DNA of 63,532 bases, filler included, from Octopus bimaculoides (lineage: Eukaryota): assembly GCF_001194135.2 (NCBI RefSeq). It is 6 parts of 6 records of this genome, joined end to end, with 100 filler letters (N's around TTAATTAATTAA, not from the genome) between each part and the next. Parts side by side here need not be neighbours in the genome. Positions count along the whole stretch, not along the records: positions 1 to 31,834 come from NC_068983.1; 5 more parts are not named here. One strand, 5' to 3'. A model generated the notes under the pieces. That model was given only the letters and a program-made list of their open reading frames with translations, was not told the origin of the DNA and did not search any database. A program made the translations under genes and the position numbers. Positions 1-14,469 of the stretch are shown one piece after another. The first letter of the stretch is position 1; each line of letters begins with the position of its first letter.

Positions 1-37
<37 letters not shown>

Positions 38-968
38 TATTTATATTGTATGTGTGTGCGTTTGCATGTGTGTATGCATATATGTATCTATGCATACATA
101 AATATATATATTTGTGTGTATATATATATGTATATGTATACGTTATATATATGCAGACACACAGGTACACAAACACACGCACACATGAACGCACACACAA
201 GCACACAGAAATACACACACACACAAGCACATACAAGACACACACACACACATATATATATAAATTGAATTTGTTCCTTTTCCTTCTTTTTCATTGATTG
301 TTCGCATACACACATTCACATACGCAAACAATACACACAAATAATACACACACACACACACTTCATAGTTTTAATTTCTCGTTAGTTTTCTTCACATTTG
401 TTCCATTTTCCTTCTCTGTTGCTTGACATTTATCGTTGGAATTGTCTCATTTCGAAGATCGTGAGCTGTTTGAAAATGTGTAATGAATCCGTAATAATAC
501 TGATTCTCTACCATTAAAACTCTTCCTTGTTGTTCTTGTTCTTTTTGTTGTTGTTCAGGATCTTGTTGCGGTAGTTGATTTTGTTACCAGTGTTGCTGTT
601 CTCGTCGTTTTCGTTGTCGTCGACTTCGTTGTTTTAATTATTTATGTGCAGTTGTCGTCATTATTGTTGGTGTTGTTTTGTTTTGTTTTTTTTTGGTTTT
701 TATTTTTAATTGTCGTTGTCATCGTTGTTGTTGTTGTTGTTGTTCTTATGTTTATTGATTGCCAGGAACGGTTGATTTCAAAATGTACAACAACGAACAT
801 AATTGCTCGTCCACAATAGCCAAGAATATATTTCTTCAAAACCGCAACGAATATTATCTCACAACCATTAGAGAAAATTAAAATTTCATTTTATTCAAAT
901 TTTTCTAATTTTTTTCATAGTTTTCAGATCGTATCATCATCACCATCATCATCAGCTGCTGTTGCTGC

Positions 969-1031
<63 letters not shown>

Positions 1032-1971
1032 TGTTGTTGTTGTTGTTGCTGTTGTTATCTTATTACTGCTCTTGTTTGGGGGTCTTTTTTGCATTCATGT
1101 TTGGCTGATGTTTCTCTCAGTAAATTAATATTTTAAATAGTGTATATTAAACAAACGAAACGTTGTTTGAATGTTGTAGTTGTTGTTAGTGGTGGTGTTT
1201 TTCTTCTTTTTCTTCTTCTTCTTCTTCTTCTTCTTGTGTTGACACTTTACCGGCACTGAACGAACAGATCTATGGTCTAAAGTATTTCACCCGTGACCAT
1301 TCCAGGTCTTCAACAGACGTATGGCATCTTGGAGCAGAGTATCTAAGACGATTCAACCTGCCCTTAGCTTACAATGTGTGCTATAATGGAGATATGTCTA
1401 GGTGTTACAATTAAGTTCTGGTTAAATAGTGATTTACTATTATTCTCTTCTTTGTAAGGAAAATATGAAGGTACTGGTCTTCTGATTAATGATCAAAGAA
1501 CTATGAGACACGTCAGCATAATCGGCATTGTTTTCCAGAGTACAAAGCGGATAACTAACTATCTTGACATCTGTTTAAAGTTTCACACCGAAATGCTTAA
1601 ACTGTATATTAATTCCTTTGAATTTATCGTGTGTGTGTGTGTGTGTGTCTGCGCGCGCGTGTCTGTGTACACTTATATATGCACACACATGCATGCATAT
1701 ATATATATATATATATATTAGAAAAAATAATAAGATACTCAGATATCTGGATGGTTGTACATTTACAGATTTTTATTATTATGTCATATGTTTTATAAAT
1801 ATTAGCGCTTGCCCCTATTCTTGTAGGTTCTTCAAATAGGTGCAAGTGCTAATATTTATAATACATGTGACATATTAATAACAATCTGTAAATGTACAAC
1901 CATCCAGATATCTGAGTATCTTATTATTTTTTCTAATATATAATTCCTGTACATCACCCCCAAACCTTCCA

Positions 1972-2011
<40 letters not shown>

Positions 2012-2251
2012 NNNNNNNNNNNNNNNNNNNNNNNNNNNNNNNNNNNNNNNNNNNNNNNNNNNNNNNNNNNNNNNNNNNNNNNNNNNNNNNNNNNNNNNNN
2101 NNNNNNNNNNNNNNNNNNNNNNNNNNNNNNNNNNNNNNNNNNNNNNNNNNNNNNNNNNNNNNNNNNNNNNNNNNNNNNNNNNNNNNNNNNNNNNNNNNNN
2201 NNNNNNTATATATGTGTGTGTATATATATATATATAAACGCACACATATAT

Positions 2252-2965
2252 AGGGTACCCGAAAGAAACCGGAAACGTTCACTGTGGAAGCCATTTGATG
2301 CGACTCTCGGACATTAGCCTGCCGACCGGTGCCGTCCTGTGAGATCGTACTGCTACATGGCGCGTCTTTGTTTTGCAGTGCTTCTCCCGCTATTCGTCGA
2401 TTTTTCAGCTACGGCTGAAACGAAGGAACGGCGTGCTTCCGTGAAATTCTGTTTTCTGCTTGGGAAAACGGCAGCTGAAACATTTGTCATGCTTCAAACA
2501 GTTTACAAGGACGCTGCCATGAGCAAACCACAAGCTTACGAGTGGTTTCCACGCTTTAGAAATAGTGACATGTCGCTTGAAAACCAAGCTCGTTCAGGAC
2601 AACTGCCGACCTCCCGAATAAATTGAAACATGAGGAAAATTCATGAACTGATCTTGGAGGACCGTCGGCGAACCATTGACGGACTTGTGGATATGACCGG
2701 TGTGTCCTGGAGCTTCTGCCAACGAATTTTGAGCGAGGAATTGCGAATGGAAAGAATTGCAGCAAAATTTGTGCCTCGCTTGCTCACGGAAGATTAAAAG
2801 CAGTCACGACTGAATGCGTGTCGTGAACTGAAAGAACAGTTGGAAGTTTATCCGGACCTTTTTTCGAACATTATCATTGGTGGCGAAAGCTGGTGCTACG
2901 AAATTTTCAGATGTGGAAGAGGTGAAGAAAATAACGACGGAGGTATTGGAAACTTCGGTTTATGT
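2252..2965 (+). mobile_element. Degenerate mariner transposon with internal deletion of the catalytic core
   Basis: ERRASVKFCFLLGKTAAET...AAKFVPRLLTED...IIGGESWCY is joined directly to C-terminal FSDVEEVKK. The start codon appears mutated to ACG at 2411, and there are in-frame stops. Confidence 0.88.
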
Positions 2966-3247
2966 CCGTTTTTTTTTTTAATTGTTAACTGTAGAACGCA
3001 ATGTAGATAAAGCTATAAATATAGCGCGTAGAAGTCTTTTGAAAAGTTTTATCTATTTCGAGATCTACAAGGAAAAAAATAACGAATTATTTCACGTCTC
3101 TGGAAGTTTTTAAGTTCTTATGACATCAACAATATACAATTCTCTCTGGTAAGAACAAATCTTCTAAAATGGATGGAGATATTCGAAGTATTGTGTTGAT
3201 CCAATTGTAGAAAGTCTGTCGTGTACAGAATATATGTGTTTCAGTAC

Positions 3248-3440
3248 CACGGCCGGGTGAAATGCATCGCAGCATTTCGTCCGTCTTTATGTTTTGAGTT
3301 CAATTTCTGCCGAGGTCGACTTTGCATTTCATACCTTTGGGGTCGATAAAATATGTACCAGTTGAGTACTAGAGTCGATGCAATCAACTAACCTCCTCTC
3401 TGAAATTGTTGGCCTTGTGCCAAAATTTGAAATTATTATT
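3248..3440 (+). mobile_element. SINE family A copy
   Basis: Shares gaggtcgactttgcatttcat..ggggtcgataaaat..gtaccag with the 8903-9538 units. Confidence 0.75.
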
Positions 3441-4781
3441 TATAGCTTCATTTGCTTCAAGTTCTACAATAAAAAAAATATACATGCATACATCGAGAGA
3501 GAGAGAGAGAAGTGAGAGAGAAGGGTGAGAGATAGAGAATGAGGCACCCATTCCAAATACTCAATAGTATTTCTTCAAAGACAGAAGTATGTTTCGAACT
3601 TTTAGAGGCTAAAACTCTAACTAGTAAGTACAACATACATATTTCATACTTGAGATTACCGTATTATAGTCAAACTTTGGAAGCAAAACTTTCAATATAA
3701 AGTTAAGCCAGAGCATTTATTGGGCATCTGGAAAAGTGTGTGAGGAAACTTGTTAGCCGAATTTCGAATTATGTTTTCGATGCAGTGAGCAGACATGCGC
3801 GCGCGCGCACAGGAATGCAAATATACACTCGAGTACAATATGTTAACGTGCATGCAACCACAGATACCAATAATATAATAAGAGAAATAAGAGAAAAAAA
3901 CACACTCAGAAGACACAGACAAGTTCGAAGTCCATATCAGTTATCGACTGAATATCACCAGAATTTACACACACGCACACACACACATATATTTATATAT
4001 TCACGTTGTCTATAACGATTTTTTTAAAAAAATCAATAATTAGTGTATCAGTTGATTTATACTATTGATTCGGTAAGGAAGTCGAGAGTATCTTCTCTTA
4101 GGAGCGGTCAACAAACCATGAAACGGTCCTTCGTAGATTTTTCCCTATTCGGTTAATCCTTATTCCATCATTGATGAGCTGCATTTATGTTGTTTTAAAG
4201 ATATTCTCGATTAAACTTATGTGCGTTATCGCTATGCGTTCTACCGATTCAACAACTGCTTTGTCTACTATTTCTTTTGGTAAGACTTTTCCATTTCTAA
4301 GACACTCCTAGTCGTGTGTCAGGTTATGTTTTCTGTGTGGTATTTATACATTTGGAACTGTGGTTAAATATTTGTAATATTGTTGCTCATACGAGGAAGC
4401 TTGTCTTATATATTTTGGTGAAGATTGTATGATATTTGTATAAAGGGAGAAGTGCATACTAATGAGTCTACAGAAGCACTATTTTAGCTACATTAAAACT
4501 ATGGAAGGGTTGTTATACTAAGTTTTTTTTTTCTACTTTTACACTTGAGCGTATTTTGGGAACGCGTCTATGTATTTGAGCGTAGTGATAAAAACCACTT
4601 CTAGCAAGAGATGTATTGTTGTAAAGGTCAGTATTAATAAACATTGTTCTATTCGATGATAGGATACTCGTGTGTATATATGTGCGTGCGTGCGAGCGCA
4701 TGGATGGATAGATATATGTCTGTGCGTATGTGTACATATATCTACATTTATATTACATGAATATATATATATACACACACA

Positions 4782-4813
<32 letters not shown>

Positions 4814-5293
4814 NNNNNNNNNNNNNNNNNNNNNNNNNNNNNNNNNNNNNNNNNNNNNNNNNNNNNNNNNNNNNNNNNNNNNNNNNNNNNNNNNNNNNNN
4901 NNNNNNNNNNNNNNNNNNNNNNNNNNNNNNNNNNNNNNNNNNNNNNNNNNNNNNNNNNNNNNNNNNNNNNNNNNNNNNNNNNNNNNNNNNNNNNNNNNNN
5001 NNNNNNNNNNNNNNNNNNNNNNNNNNNNNNNNNNNNNNNNNNNNNNNNNNNNNNNNNNNNNNNNNNNNNNNNNNNNNNNNNNNNNNNNNNNNNNNNNNNN
5101 NNNNNNNNNNNNNNNNNNNNNNNNNNNNNNNNNNNNNNNNNNNNNNNNNNNNNNNNNNNNNNNNNNNNNNNNNNNNNNNNNNNNNNNNNNNNNNNNNNNN
5201 NNNNNNNNNNNNNNNNNNNNNNNNNNNNNTACTCTCGCTAGACCACTGGTCGTAAATAAAATTTCAAAAATTTTTTTGCTACCCTATAATTTA

Positions 5294-5361
<68 letters not shown>

Positions 5362-6374
5362 TGTATGTATATTTAGTAAGAAAGATAGAGACAGAAGAAA
5401 AGAATAAAAAAAAGAAAGCGGAACAATGAGAGAATACAAAAGAAATATTAGCTAATATAACCAAACATGCCACCAGTAATGACATATGCTGTGATAAAAA
5501 TTTTGTCTAGGAGATATTATTTTGCTTTTCGCAAATTTTGAATCACATTGGTGTATTTAAATTCGAATTTTCATAGAATATAATCGCAGAGCTATTAATT
5601 CCACATTTTTTAATTCAGCAACTAAACAATCCTATGACAGTCAATGTTATTGAAAATAAATTTGATATAAGGCTGCGTGTTGTCTTTAAATACTGAATAG
5701 TAACCATAAAGAGATTCACGTACACGATTATAGTAAATGTGGAGGAATTTCAACCATGTTTCGTGGTCTGCTACCACAACAGCTCCTTTATAGGATCCAG
5801 TTAGCTCAAGACATCATCAGGAGGAACCACGTCCGGTTTCGGCCCCTACTCCTCTACCGTTTTGACGTGGCGGGGCCCCTCCATTCGGAGGTGTCTTCAG
5901 CTCTGGTGTTGGGTGCATGTCTTCTTTCTTCTATTCCCTGGCCTCTTCGATGCAGCATCAACGAGTGTCAGCGTCCGACTGATCGCCATGTCAAGTTCCC
6001 CTTTTTAAGGAGAAAGTGTACATACAGCGCGCACGCGTATATATGTGTGTGCCTATGTATGTACACACATTCTCGTTATTATTAACANNNNNNNNNNNNN
6101 NNNNNNNNNNNNNNNNNNNNNNNNNNNNNNNNNNNNNNNNNNNNNNNNNNNNNNNNNNNNNNNNNNNNNNNNNNNNNNNNNNNNNNNNNNNNNNNNNNNN
6201 NNNNNNNNNNNNNNNNNNNNNNNNNNNNNNNNNNNNNNNNNNNNNNNNNNNNNNNNNNNNNNNNNNNNNNNNNNNNNNNNNNNNNNNNNNNNNNNNNNNN
6301 NNNNNNNNNNNNNNNNNNNNNNNNNNNNNNNNNNNNNNNNNNNNNNNNNNNNNNNNNNNNNNNNNNNNNNNNNN

Positions 6375-6427
<53 letters not shown>

Positions 6428-7664
6428 CATACATACATACAAGTATGCACACATACAATCATGCATACATATATACATAGTCAAGTATATATAAACGTAT
6501 ACACACGCGCACATATGTGTATGTTTATGTATCTATATATGTACGTGTTAATGTTTTGTGTTTGTGTGTACATGTATGTGTGTGTGTGTGTGTGTGCGTG
6601 TGTGTGTGCATGCGTGCATGCGTGTTTATAGTGTTTTACTGAAGCTAAAGTCTTGACAAATTATTACTCCGAGTTTCACGTAACCTCTCCCTCCTCTCTA
6701 ACCCTTTATCCGAACACACTTTCTTTTACACAAACTCCCTTATTTGGCCTTTATGTCGTAGATGTTAATTACCCTAGAGATTAATGAGGGAACATAGATG
6801 CCTTTGATGTAGAACGATAGTTGAATAATCGATGTTGATATAAGAGTGTTGGAAATGGTGTGTGGAGGATAGGGGTACAGTAGATAAAAGGATGTCAGAG
6901 ACTGTTGTTAAAAGAGTCTTTACAATAATGATAAAAGGGTTTCGGTGAGGATAATTGAAGAAATGTGGGAGAGCAGTGGAAATAGTATGTGAATTAAAAG
7001 AAATTGGGCAGGAAGAGATTCTGAACCAGAGATACGGGAAATATCTGCTGCTGATGTCCATGCAAAAGACACAAGATGTGATGAGAATGAACAAAGGGAA
7101 GTTTAAATATGAAGGCTATCTTGTATAACATACAATATATTTTGTGCGTGTACATGAGTACATATGTGTGTGAGTATGACACATTGTTTCACATATAGCT
7201 AACATTGCGAGTCATTCCTTTGATCGCCTATTGACTCATATTCACAAGAATTTCGGTACCATCTATTAGGATATAGCTCCCTCCAGCAGTACCAAGGACC
7301 ATTAATATTACAGCCACATGCCGCCGTATCTTGTCCTTCACTGATAACTGAGGTCTTTTTTTTTTTTATCACATTCCTCTTCTTCAATAATGTGAATTAA
7401 AATTCTCTGGTATGTATTACTAATATTAAGAATAATCATAAAATCTTTATTTTCTCCAGACTTGTATTTTTTCGGTTTTTAGACGTCTCACTCCGTTAAT
7501 CCTGCACAGCTCCAACCGATAAGTTCTTTCAGTTCAGGTTGATCTCTGTTATTTAAACAACCTTTCCCACTCTCTTTCCTGGCCATATTATAGGCTATTT
7601 CACAAGTATAATATAGCATCATATAACATTTAACGTTTGCTACTTGAAACCCTACCACTAGAAA

Positions 7665-7885
7665 TATGGATTTCAAATTTTTGCACAAGGCCAGCAAGTT
7701 CTAAGAAGAAATTAAGTCGGTTATATCGACCCCAGTGTTCCACTGGTACTTATTTTATCGACCCTGAATGGATGAAAAGCGAAGTCCACCTCGGCGAAAT
7801 TTGAACTCAGAATTTGAAAACGGACAAAATGCCACTAAGCATTTTGTCCGGCGTACTAACGGTTCTGCCAGCTTGACGCCTTCCT
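7665..7885 (-). mobile_element. SINE family A copy
   Basis: Reverse complement of the family A body. Confidence 0.75.
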
Positions 7886-8902
7886 GCCACTAGAAATATT
7901 AAAGGTCGTTTTGCAGCAACATTGAACAGCCCCACTCTCATAACGCGTGGCGGTAAACCAAGTCACTCTCATCGGAACTTGCTAGCGCACTTTTACACTT
8001 CTCTATTCTTGTTAGCGATATCTCAAGCCTTTGCAGTGACCATAATGTCCTTGTCAAAGACCATGTTGGAAGCACAGGTTTTGAAAGTTAAGTGAAATTA
8101 TTTCAAATGAGAATTGAAACAATGATGACAACTTGACTCGTAAAGAGCTCACTTCTTCCACTATAGCGTTCGCTTCTAGTGAAAATTGTTTAGACTAGAA
8201 TCAAAGTGCAGCTAAGAGGTGCAGTGTATATTGTTTATTGAATTAATCCAAGTATATAACTGGTTTCTGTATGATGCTTATTCATTCGATTTTCGAAAGA
8301 GGGGCAAGGTTGACACAAGTGGGATGTGAACACCTAACGTTTACATCAGAAATTAAGCCACGTATATTTAATCCCGTGATCTATCGTTTTGCAAGATTTT
8401 AATATTTCTTGTATAAATAATTGGTTTCTAACCTTGATAGAAATCCATAATAAGTATAGTAGATTTTTCCTAAGCCCAGGAGGGATGATGAACAAAGCCA
8501 ATATCCTTAGAATTTGATCTTAAAATGTAAAGGAGACGTAACTAAATTCTGCAAAGCATTAATTTGTTCCAAAAGTGCACTCTTACTGATACTCTACCGG
8601 CCGTTCTGTTTCACTAAAGTAGCATACAGGAAAAATACAAAAGGAAACACGGATACCTAGAAGAAAATATTAGTAAAATCTAATTCAGAATAGGTAGACT
8701 AATAGCAAATATTAAATTAACGTCTGGATCTAAACAATAGATTATCAATACACTTATTATTCCAGTTATTAATTAACATTTCAACATAATAAACTGAAAA
8801 TTAATTAATTTGAAAAAAATGCTTAGAAAAATCACAAAAACTTGAAACTATAATTTTTCGAAGTTTACATAAGAACATTAGTTTTTGATACTCTCAAACG
8901 AG

Positions 8903-9538
8903 AAGGCGACGTAATGGCAGAAACGTTAGCACGCCGGGCGAAATGCTTAGTGGTAATTCGTCTGTCTTTACGTTCTGAGTTCAAATTCTGCCACGGTCGA
9001 CTTTGTTTTTCATTCTTTCAAGGTCGATAAATTAAGTACCGGTTACGCACTGGGGACGATGTAATTGATTTAATCCCTTTGTCTGTCCTTTTTTGTCCCC
9101 TCTATGTTTGACCCCTTGTGGACAATAAAGAAATAAGAAACGTTAGCACGCCGGGCGAAATGCTTAGCGGGATTTCGTCTGTCTTTACGTTCTGAGTTCA
9201 AATTCTGCCGCGGTCGACTTTGCCTGTCATTCTTTCAGGGTCGATAAATTAAGTACCAGTTGTGTACTGGGGTCGATCTAATAGACTGCCCCGCCCCCTC
9301 CAAAAATTTCGGGCCTTGTACCTAGAGTAGAAAAGAATTGTTAACATTCCAGACAAAACTCTTAGCGGCAGTTCTTCCGGCTTTACGTTCTATGTTCAAA
9401 TTCTGCTGTCGTCAACTTTGCCTTTCATCCCTTCGGAGTCGATAAAATAAGTTCCAGTGGAGCACTGGGATCGATGTAATCGACTATCCCACTTCCCCCA
9501 CAAAATTTCACTTCTTGTGCTTATAGTAGAAAGAATAT
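8903..9538 (+). mobile_element. Head-to-tail trimer of tRNA-derived SINE family A
   Basis: Three copies of ttacgttctgagttcaaattctgcc..gtcgactttg..tttcat.cttt...gtcgataaa.taagtacc starting at about 8903, 9136 and 9341, with different tails. Confidence 0.82.
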
Positions 9539-12043
9539 GTACCGTTTAGGATAATTGTTAGTGCAATCGTATGATATACAATTGTTAAGCGGTTCGCTTC
9601 TTGTGCTAGGATCAGTTCTACTTTCCAGCGTGCAGTCCAAGCTGTGTGGATTCGAAATTTATATCGTAACACCTGACGCTTCTTGTTTCTGCATTTGTAT
9701 TCCCTTACTATTGGATGATGAACCCCAAAACAGTTATTTATAACACAGAGTGTCTGATTCTATTTTACTGCTTTAAAATAATCAAGAATAAGTGAAACGA
9801 GTGTCCACCCTGTGCAGTTATTCGGTCAATTCACTATGAAAAAACAACTGAACAAGTACTGAAATCGAAACATAACTTAACCCTTAATGACGGTAATCTA
9901 GTATGCCTGCAGCCCATTGACTGAAATTAGTAAGAAGTAACTATGGTTCTTTCAGATATCTTATTTCTGTTGTTATCTATTTGCTTTCCTCTTTAAAAGG
10001 TTATTACCTTTAACAACGGAAGGAATTTCTAACCTCGTAATTACTAATTTTGTAGAATCTGTTACTATTTATAAAAAAAATGAAACGTTGTCCATGATAC
10101 ATCTTTATTGATATCTTCTTAAACACATAATTTATCCGAAAACACGGGTTTCTTCAATGTGACTGAACATAAATTTTATTAATCACAGATGACGTACAGT
10201 TACTTCTATCTGCTGTTTTACTACTACAAAGCAGTTGTTGTGGATCACTGATGATTTACAGCGTATTCACCATATACCTTTTCTGCCACTTCAAAATACG
10301 TTACATCAATGTTACTGAATATAATATGATGTTACGCTCACTGTCGATGTATCTACCTTTTGTAATACTACTATAACCGTGTCTGTGTCTCTGAATTAAA
10401 GGTGGTGGTAGTGCTTAACTGCATAATTCATCAGCTTAAGCTCATTTGCAACACGCACATACGCGCGCACGTACACGCACACGCACACGCACATACCGCA
10501 TGAAATGTTATACTCACACTCTAGAGTTGCAACGCTGTGGAATTCCTTCCATTCTGCCCCATATTTTTGTTCTTGCAGATATTGGCTTACAGACGTTCGA
10601 ACTTAAAATCCACTACCTGAATTTCACTTGACAATAACAAACTGCAATGGGCACTGAACCTCTTCTAACTAATTAATTAAAACAAAGCAATGCACTGCCT
10701 TGTTCTGCAGACGACCAAAATGATTGTTCAATAAGATTGACGCCTTACAATTTTAAGTTCGAATAATGCTCGGGGTTGATGAAGTTATTTTTCTGTTGTC
10801 GATAAACGCCGGTTGTTGTTGTTGTTTTTTTGTCGTCTATGCCGGTTGTTGGTTTTTGCTATTGTCTATACCGTTGTTGTTGTTGATTTTATCATCATTG
10901 GTTTCTTTGTTGTTGCTGTTCTTTAGTTTCTGATCAGCTCTGATTGAACAGACCTATGATCAAAGTTATTCCAGTCGTGACCACCCCGTATTTTTTAGGT
11001 ATACGGGAAACCAGGACTATATTATTTAATCCGTCCGTTTCTAAAGACCGTGCTACGTCTTGAGGAGGATCTGACTAGTGTTACCTCCAATAGATCACTC
11101 AAGAAAACTTCAAGTGACTTTCGCACCTACATTCAATTAAAATCCAAGACCGTCTTCTGTTGTTCCCAAGCCCTAGTTTACATAAAACCATATTAGACGT
11201 GTTCTTTTTTTATCAGTAAGGCATCCTTATTGGACTACTATTTTCAGTGAGTATCATGAGCAACTACATTGTGTCTCCTCGTGAAAGGTCGCATCATATA
11301 CAGTAGCTTAGTTATAAGGAAAGAACTGTTCAAACAATTATATTTGATAGCTTTCCTTTTCTTCATTCAATCCACTAACACTTTGTGTTTAAAATGGCGC
11401 CGTTCTGGCCCAAATTAATGAGTTTCTTTTAAATCTCATCTCATTTTTTATTCAAAAGAGAAGCAGCTCGTACAAAACAACCGCTTGTAGTCACTATTCC
11501 TCTAACAAATGGCTAGATATTTACATCTATCATATTTCCCCTAATATATTGTGTATTTATTTATGTCTTCGTTATCAATTTCTAGTTGTTGTAAAAGTTG
11601 TTGTTCTTAGTTTCCTTTGCTATATTTCCAGCAGCTTCATTAGAATAATCCATATGTTTTCTATGTTTACTATAAGCTAGCTGGTTTTTGTATTTTTTAA
11701 ATCATTTTCTAAGGATTATTTTAAATAATTAATTACTTTAAAAACAGGTAAAGAATAAATAAAATATAAGAAATATGAAATGATACGAAATGAATTTTTT
11801 AAAAAATGCTTATATATCTTTTTACTGAAAGAGAATGCTTTTGACATCCCTGTTGCTTAAGCCGTTTCTTACTGCCATTCACATGTATTTCTAATGCCTA
11901 TATTAATAAAATTCCAGAAAACAGTCGAGAATAAATTTGGTTAATATACTTTTTTTTTCTTCATCTGCATATAATTTCAGAAATTTTGAATAGATTTATA
12001 CTTTGTCATATACAGCTATGAATTATTTTCCACAATCTCCCAG

Positions 12044-12116
<73 letters not shown>

Positions 12117-12458
12117 NNNNNNNNNNNNNNNNNNNNNNNNNNNNNNNNNNNNNNNNNNNNNNNNNNNNNNNNNNNNNNNNNNNNNNNNNNNNNNNNNNNN
12201 NNNNNNNNNNNNNNNNNNNNNNNNNNNNNNNNNNNNNNNNNNNNNNNNNNNNNNNNNNNNNNNNNNNNNNNNNNNNNNNNNNNNNNNNNNNNNNNNNNNN
12301 NNNNNNNNNNNNNNNNNNNNNNNNNNNNNNNNNNNNNNNNNNNNNNNNNNNNNNNNNNNNNNNNNNNNNNNNNNNNNNNNNNNNNNNNNNNNNNNNNNNN
12401 NNNNNNNNNNNNNNNNNNNNNNNNNNNNNNNNNNNNNNNNNNNNNNNNNNNNNNNNNN

Positions 12459-12512
<54 letters not shown>

Positions 12513-14290
12513 ATGTATGTATGTATGTATGTATGTATGTACCAGTTGACGTTTTACTCAACACTAACTTCATCTGCAGATTTGCAGGACGAAATTCTAA
12601 AGAACTTTAACATCAAGTTTTCATTTTTGAGATGCGCTATGCAATATTTTCTTTAGAAATTTGTTTCTCTTTTTGCTTTTTTTATCATATATTTTACTCG
12701 AGTTTTGACCGACAACAGCATTTCCTTGGAGTTTTTTGTTTTTGTTTTTTTTTTGTTTGTTTTTTTTCTTAGATTCATGTCATTTCAATTTTACTACTAT
12801 ATTGATGATATTATAATAAGCTGATTAAAGAATACCAGATAGCAAAGAATATGAGATTTAGACTTTAGAACTGATAATGACTATAATGACAAAAGCTTCG
12901 ATTTATCTAATGTGCTATTTACTAGTTGTTAACACCATTTGTTCTGTATCTCTCTGTTGGTCATCAATGTAAAATGGTCTTCGCAGATGTATGATCCATT
13001 TAAATTTTTTGTTTTATGACGTATATCTGAAAGCTTTATCCACAAAGTCAAAGTTCAGAAAGACGTTTGTCAATCAATTTAGCATTTAACGCGTTTAAAC
13101 ATATGAAACAATAAGTAAAACTTAATTTTTAGAACTGATGAAGGAATTGTTCGTTAAGGTTATGTAAGCTGCTTATGAGGTCTGATGTTTTTTTCGAACA
13201 GATTTTAGTATTTATTTATTTATTTATGTGTTTCAGCCAAGTGGCTGCGGTCATGCTGATGCACCACCTGATTTTTGATTCTTTTTTTTTTTACATTGGT
13301 GCCAAATCATAGATTAATATGAGTGAAAGTTTAGTCGATTTAAGCTCATCATAACATATTACTGGTACTTATCAGCTCTGAGTGAATGAAAATAAAATGA
13401 ATCCTCGGAAAGATACCTCAGAACATAAAATAACTTAAGTAGATAGCGCAAGTTATTTTTCCATTACTGCATTATTTTGCTATCTATCATGTTTTATTCA
13501 CTTTTAAAATACTTTCTTCAAAAAAACTATGCATAATTTTATATTGACAAACTCAGTGCATAAATTTAAGTGTAAAAAATACGCGAAATGACAAATATTT
13601 TTAAAATTCAAATTGGACAAGTCTCAACAAATCTTACCATCCATTGTAGTGAGCAGTTAGAGAAAGTTGTCAGATCCTGAAAAGTAAGTCTGGCATCTAA
13701 TTTTGCTTTCGGGTTGATGCTAATTAACCTCTCATATTATGCTAATCTACTTGAGAAATTCATGAATGTCATTCCACCTTGTTAAATCTTTTAATTAAAG
13801 TCCCCTTAATAATGGTAACTACTTGGAGCAGCTACATTATTTGTGATACCTACTGACATTAGTAAATTAAATATCACATCTACAGTGCTTACTTCGGTCA
13901 GGTGAATTCTATTTTATCATAGTACCTGTTCAAAATATTGAGGTGCATGCAGTTCCATGTATCAACTAATTAAATCTTTACTTTTCTTTATTACCTACTT
14001 ACAGCAGTGAATTATAAATGACTCCCATAGTACCTGCTTAAAAATAAGTGTGTTTAGTCAATGAGAGTAAGTTTCTTGGCCTCTTACATAGCCCACTACC
14101 ACCCCCCATTTGAACCCACGCTCGTCCAAATGAATCGCTTGTATTGACTCAACACTCTCATTAGCTATGTATCAGTCAAATTAAATAATTTGAAGCTTAA
14201 ATTAGAAATCGTTATCATGTCGTGAACCCGGTGCGCTAAAAGCTTAGTGCCTACTATAGAGCATTCGGCCGCTGACATATATATATATAT

Positions 14291-14429
14291 GGTTGGCCAA
14301 AAGTGACCTGACAGTAAATCAAAACCATTGAATTCCAAGATTAAAACAAAAGATTATTTTATATGAGACATCGTTAATAGACAAATGTCGAAAAAAATCC
14401 TGATTTTAACGCGTGACTTTTGGCCAACC
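14291..14429. mobile_element. 139-bp Tc1/mariner-type MITE
   Basis: 17-bp TIRs ggttggccaaaagtgac (14291) and gtgacttttggccaacc (14413-14429), 16/17 match, between TA and TG microsatellites. Confidence 0.75.

Positions 14430-14469
<40 letters not shown>

Noticed and set aside
46-361. Numerous HT/CV/YI-repeat ORFs here and throughout the window, many spanning N gaps
   Set aside because: Stop-free by virtue of dinucleotide microsatellites and Ns; no coding signal.
6770-7110. Purine-rich stretch faintly resembling an RTE C-terminus
   Set aside because: Motifs are too decayed to support a call.
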